A stretch of DNA of 64,000 nt, taken from assembly GCA_017499595.2 (NCBI GenBank), contig CM039003.1, positions 3,286,001 to 3,350,000 on the forward strand, in the 5' to 3' direction. Below, piece by piece: positions 59,663 through 64,000 of this stretch; the first letter of the stretch is position 1, and each line of letters opens with the position of its first letter. The DNA is from Psilocybe cubensis (Eukaryota). Position numbers and translations under genes: made by a program. The notes beneath the pieces are model-generated. The model had not been told where the DNA came from and did no database searches. It saw only the letters and a program-made list of their open reading frames with translations.

Positions 59663-62562
59663 CAGTATTCTGTACTGGTTGCTCGCCTGAGGATGTCTAA
59701 TGCTTGAATTATGAGCAAGAAGGCAGGGACGATGGTGAAAAATGTGTTAACGCGCAGTTGAGACGCGGGTCGCGCGTCACCGTCATGTGATCTAAGATGG
59801 CTGGCTGCTGCCCACCTTTGAACACTTTCTCTCTAGTACGACCCGCTCATCCAGCCTGCACTCCTGAGACACGACATCACTTCGACCACCAACGCCACAA
59901 AGAATCGCCTCTGCGCGGTACAGCGCCGCCATGCTGCCCGCATTTGGACTTTTCCAGCCAACGTCAAGAATCTCCACTATCCATCTGCGTCACTCGCGGT
60001 TGGCCACCACTATCCATCTGCGTCGCTTGCGGTTGGCCACCATCGCTCCAATTTGACGTTGTCGGAGTGCGTACGGATCAACTGGAAGGTGCATCGCATC
60101 GTCTTGCGCAGTGCGCAGTCACTGATATGATATGATAGCGAAACAAACATCTACTGGACGACGACAACGACGACTGGCCAGGCGGCGACAACTCTTCTTC
60201 TTCTCCAAACCCCCCTCCAACCCAAACACCAACCACACCTCCCCTCTCCCACCTGACTGGCTCGACCTCATCACCCCATCTCCGACGCCGCAACCTACCT
60301 CTCCACACACCTCCTCCTAACTTACCTCTTCACTATACTCGCCCTCATCCTCGCAGCATGTACCTACCGGTCGCTCCTTTAGTCGACATCGACATTGAAG
60401 ACCAGCAATCGACTCAGCAAAATCAATTGGTGGCGCCTCATCGATCACAGGGAGCGGGTGGTGGTTGATCTGATGTTGGCTGGATAGGGTGGCAACACGA
60501 TGAAAGACGGTAAGCAGCAGCCCAATAACTGTTAAAATTTACTGACCGACGAAGCGTTCTCCATCGAGTTCTGGCACTACCACGATGGGATTGATGCAAT
60601 GACAGGGGTAGACTGCGATGGTAAGTTGCACCGCTCATCGACGGACAAATGCTAACGTCTGAAGGCGTCGTCAAAGTGGATATGATGCGCAGAACTGCGG
60701 AGGATACGAGGCGGTGGAGAGTGTTGACGCTGAGCAGGAGGGGTTGATGAGTATTGGGCAGGAGTAGTGATACAGGAGCAGGCTACAGGGATCAGTGGTG
60801 CGATGAGTAACGGTAAGCATCACAACGAGCTACTGACGCACCTTGGAAGTGCACTGCTGCTAACCCCGTTTCCATAGATGTTGAGTCAATGACGCGGCGA
60901 CGCCAACGCTCGCTCGTCGCTGCGCAGAGAGGCAAGTCGGGCCCTACACGCCCACTACTCATTGGCACTGTCTGTAGCGCATGGCGATGTGTCGCGCAGA
61001 GCACCTACGCGAGGTCCGGCTGACGTGCATCTGCCGTGGGCCCAGCTACACTGTCATAATGGAGAGTGCAAGACTTCTCCACCGCCTTAAGATCCACAGG
61101 GCGAATCTGTTTGGGTACAATAAGGCCGGTTCGACGAGCGTGTTCAGTGGGCTGAGGAGCACTTTGAGCAAATGCGGGAGGCGGCAAAGAACCCGCTCGA
61201 TGTACGTATTTTTTTTCTTCTCAACCCGCATTTTTTTCTCATTTTTTTGTTGATAATTAGGGTACGAGATGGTGGCAAAAGGCAGACGACCCATGGCAAT
61301 TACGCAGTCCACCACGGAAACCCCACCGCACCCGTACGGCTCGCACCTTGTCATAATGACAAACATGGGCAACGTACCTGCAGCTCGACCGCATATCGAC
61401 TACGACCTGACGACAATGCCAGACATCGACTTGCTGTCGCACAAATCAAACTGGGAGATATCAAAGAAGGAAAGATATGTATTCCTCATAGGTCCAATTT
61501 CCCATAGACTAAGACATCAAACAGCACGCACAAATTAATGGCCGCAACGTTGAGCGCTTTGATGAGCTGCCCAACGTGTCTAGAAGGATGTACACTAGCT
61601 ACAGAGTTCTATTGTGCTTGTGCCGTGACCTTTGCTGCTGGCTCATCCACCACCTCACAACTGCCACTGCCCTCGTTATTGATCTCGTTAAGTTGAGTGT
61701 TTGGTTTGTCGTGTCCGATGTCTGAATTAATTTGTGTACAGATTATCGTTGAGGCCTCAACTGCCCTGGCCGCCATTTTTCGCTGCGCCCGCTGTGTGAT
61801 AAAATTTTGCCATTTGGCCTCCCGCTCAGCAGCAGCAGCGCGTTCTTTTGCCCTTTCCTCTGCAGTCTGCAGAGTATGCTTTAGCGGCAATAACAAAATT
61901 CTGCAGATCAAAGGCACGTACCTTTTTTATCTTGACTACTTTTGGTTCATACTGACACCAGCATTCATCTGATTCCGATTCACATTCAGAATGGCTGCAT
62001 TCAACCTCAGATTCTTTGGAGGAGCTGTCCGTGTCGACCCGAGCTGGTTGTGGTGCTGGCTTTTCCGGAGTATCAGCAATAAATGCTAATGGTATTCCGA
62101 CCATTGTAGGTGGTGCTTCGTTGGTATTTTCTAGCATAGTAGCTGAAGAGTTAATAGCTGTAGCCTGTTGTAGAACTACAAAAGCAGTAGGTTTGAGTTA
62201 AAAGAACATTTCAGCCGCCGTTCTTTAAATTTCTGTTGAAAAAGGCATATAATTACATTATAAGGTGCATATCATGTGCTAGTGTGACGGTCACTGTTTG
62301 TTTCGTGTTTTCCAGGCTGTCATTCTCTTGTTCTCAACCACACACTTTCCAACTAGCATTCTTCGCATTTGTCAATGCTGGCTCAGGAATATTCTAGCCA
62401 GGACATACACTGATCAGTGTTGGCAATGCAGGGCATCCACGTTCCTCAAAATGTAGCCATTTGTACCCCTTTTCATCCGCTCGTTTTTTGATTTTGCCTC
62501 ATTTTTCTGCCGTGCATGCTTTTTTCCCTCTAATAAGGCCAAGGTATGCAATACGTTTCTAT

Positions 62563-64000
62563 ATGTCTTCTTACTCGTACCAACCTGGTAGTGCATTTCA
62601 TCCAGGTGCACAAGGATCTTCGTCCCATGGCCATGTCACTGGCACACCAGAGCAATCTAATGTGGTGACTCAGCATGGCCATAATGCACCTACCTATCCA
62701 GTAGGATTTAACGGTGGGCCTCCGTATACACAGAATGAGCGCAATCATGCACTGGGCGGAGGTATGTTTGAAGTCACATTTCTTATATATCTTGATTTAC
62801 TACTTAGATTTAGGTATGCCAACTTCGGATAACTCATTCTATCCAAGTCATTCCCAGCCTCAGATGCCAGCACCCACAACCGCTTCAACACCTGGCTATC
62901 AGGCACGATATGGCCATCACCTCGAACCCAATGCGTCATCTTTATCCATGTCATCCGACACCACTTCTCAGAATGAAATCTCAGCCCCCGACACTTCAAC
63001 ACTTCAAACACAGCTGGCCTTTTATAAGCGTCGGATTGAAGAGTATGAAATGGGCGATGAAGAGCGGTCCCGGAAGTCCAAAAAGGCAAAGACAAGGCAA
63101 GTTTGTTGATAACCAAACTTTCTGTTGCGGTCACATTCATCATTATAACTTTTAGGGAAAAGCCCCCCGAGCGATGCTTTCGAAAGGCTGTCAGCCTTTA
63201 TGTGAGCGCACAAGAACTGTATCGAGACTGGAACGATGATTATTTAGAAAGGAATGGTATGGCTTCGGCAAAGTTTAGGGATGTTGACACCAAACGAAAG
63301 TATGTTTCTTTTTTGTTTATATTGTTAATACTTATATTCTCTTTTGAGTCTAGCTTCGATCGTAATGTTTCTAGCTTCAATAAGCTCTTAGAATACATTC
63401 CAAGGCTTCAAATGATGATAGACGGAGATGCCAGCAGCCAAGAGATAAGGGAATATCTACACAAGGTATGTGATTATTTGATGAAATGTGAATGACTAAA
63501 TGTCATTTTTCTACAGATTGATCAGGGTGGAAATGCAGCCCGCTCAGACGATTGCAACCACATTAAGGAATTCTTTAGAGACTTCCTCAATGCCGAGCAC
63601 CGCCCTGAGGTTTTGTTTACAAAAGAACGGACTGGACGTGGTGTGCAGAATGACATAACCGGTAAATATCTTTGTCCGATTCATTACAACTGGGATGACC
63701 CCAGGTAAGTTGCTTATTTTTTTCTTGTACTCTATCTAAGATTATCGATTAGTGTTTGCACACGTATCCGTGCGGGTAATATTATGGATCCGAAATTCCC
63801 GATTTTTGTCAATTATTATCTTTGGTTTTTGTATCCTGATGGATATGAGCTGCCGCCTAATGGTAGAGTTGAGCATTTGTTTTTACGAAGTCTGATCTTG
63901 GTCAAGGTATGTAATCTACTTTTGTTTCTTTCTAATTCTTATATTAGTCCGTCTAGGTATGGTGCTATATTTTTACCTCACCAGGATCAGCCGAAGCCAT
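62563..64000 (+). CDS. Multi-exon hypothetical protein (DUF6698-like, possibly transposon-associated), runs off the window
   Basis: Exons include GNAARSDD..IK and RTGRGVQNDITGKYLCPIHYNWDDP, separated by canonical short introns. The family name is from recalled motifs; the gene may be degenerate near the window end. Confidence 0.55.

Overview
Intron-rich fungal DNA; the gene families and transposons point to an Agaricomycete (mushroom-forming basidiomycete), which is inference. The left 35 kb is a duplication-rich gene neighbourhood. It holds the 3' part of a urg1/URC1-like GTP cyclohydrolase II gene, two tandem MFS transporters, four atypical C2H2 zinc-finger genes, a Kv-type potassium channel and a membrane protein. 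The most notable content is eight paralogous, intron-split genes (mostly missed by the ORF track) for about 70-aa secreted peptides with a mirror-symmetric C-x3-C-x6-C-x12/13/16-C-x6-C-x3-C pattern. They share a coding intron and an apparent 3'-UTR intron, and the five-gene subfamily has upstream TGACGTCA sites. Three non-autonomous DNA transposons also lie in this half. The right 29 kb holds an intron-containing tRNA-Ser(AGA), a full-length but inactivated Ngaro-type tyrosine-recombinase retrotransposon, a membrane-protein gene truncated by a TRIM, and a probable solo LTR. It also holds a dead Plavaka/CACTA-like transposase interrupted by a chromodomain Ty3/Gypsy element. That element has an extra ORF and a single in-frame TGA between gag-pro and pol, and is flanked by an anomalous 1327-bp host duplication. 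All calls come from reading the sequence by eye; no database searches were run.
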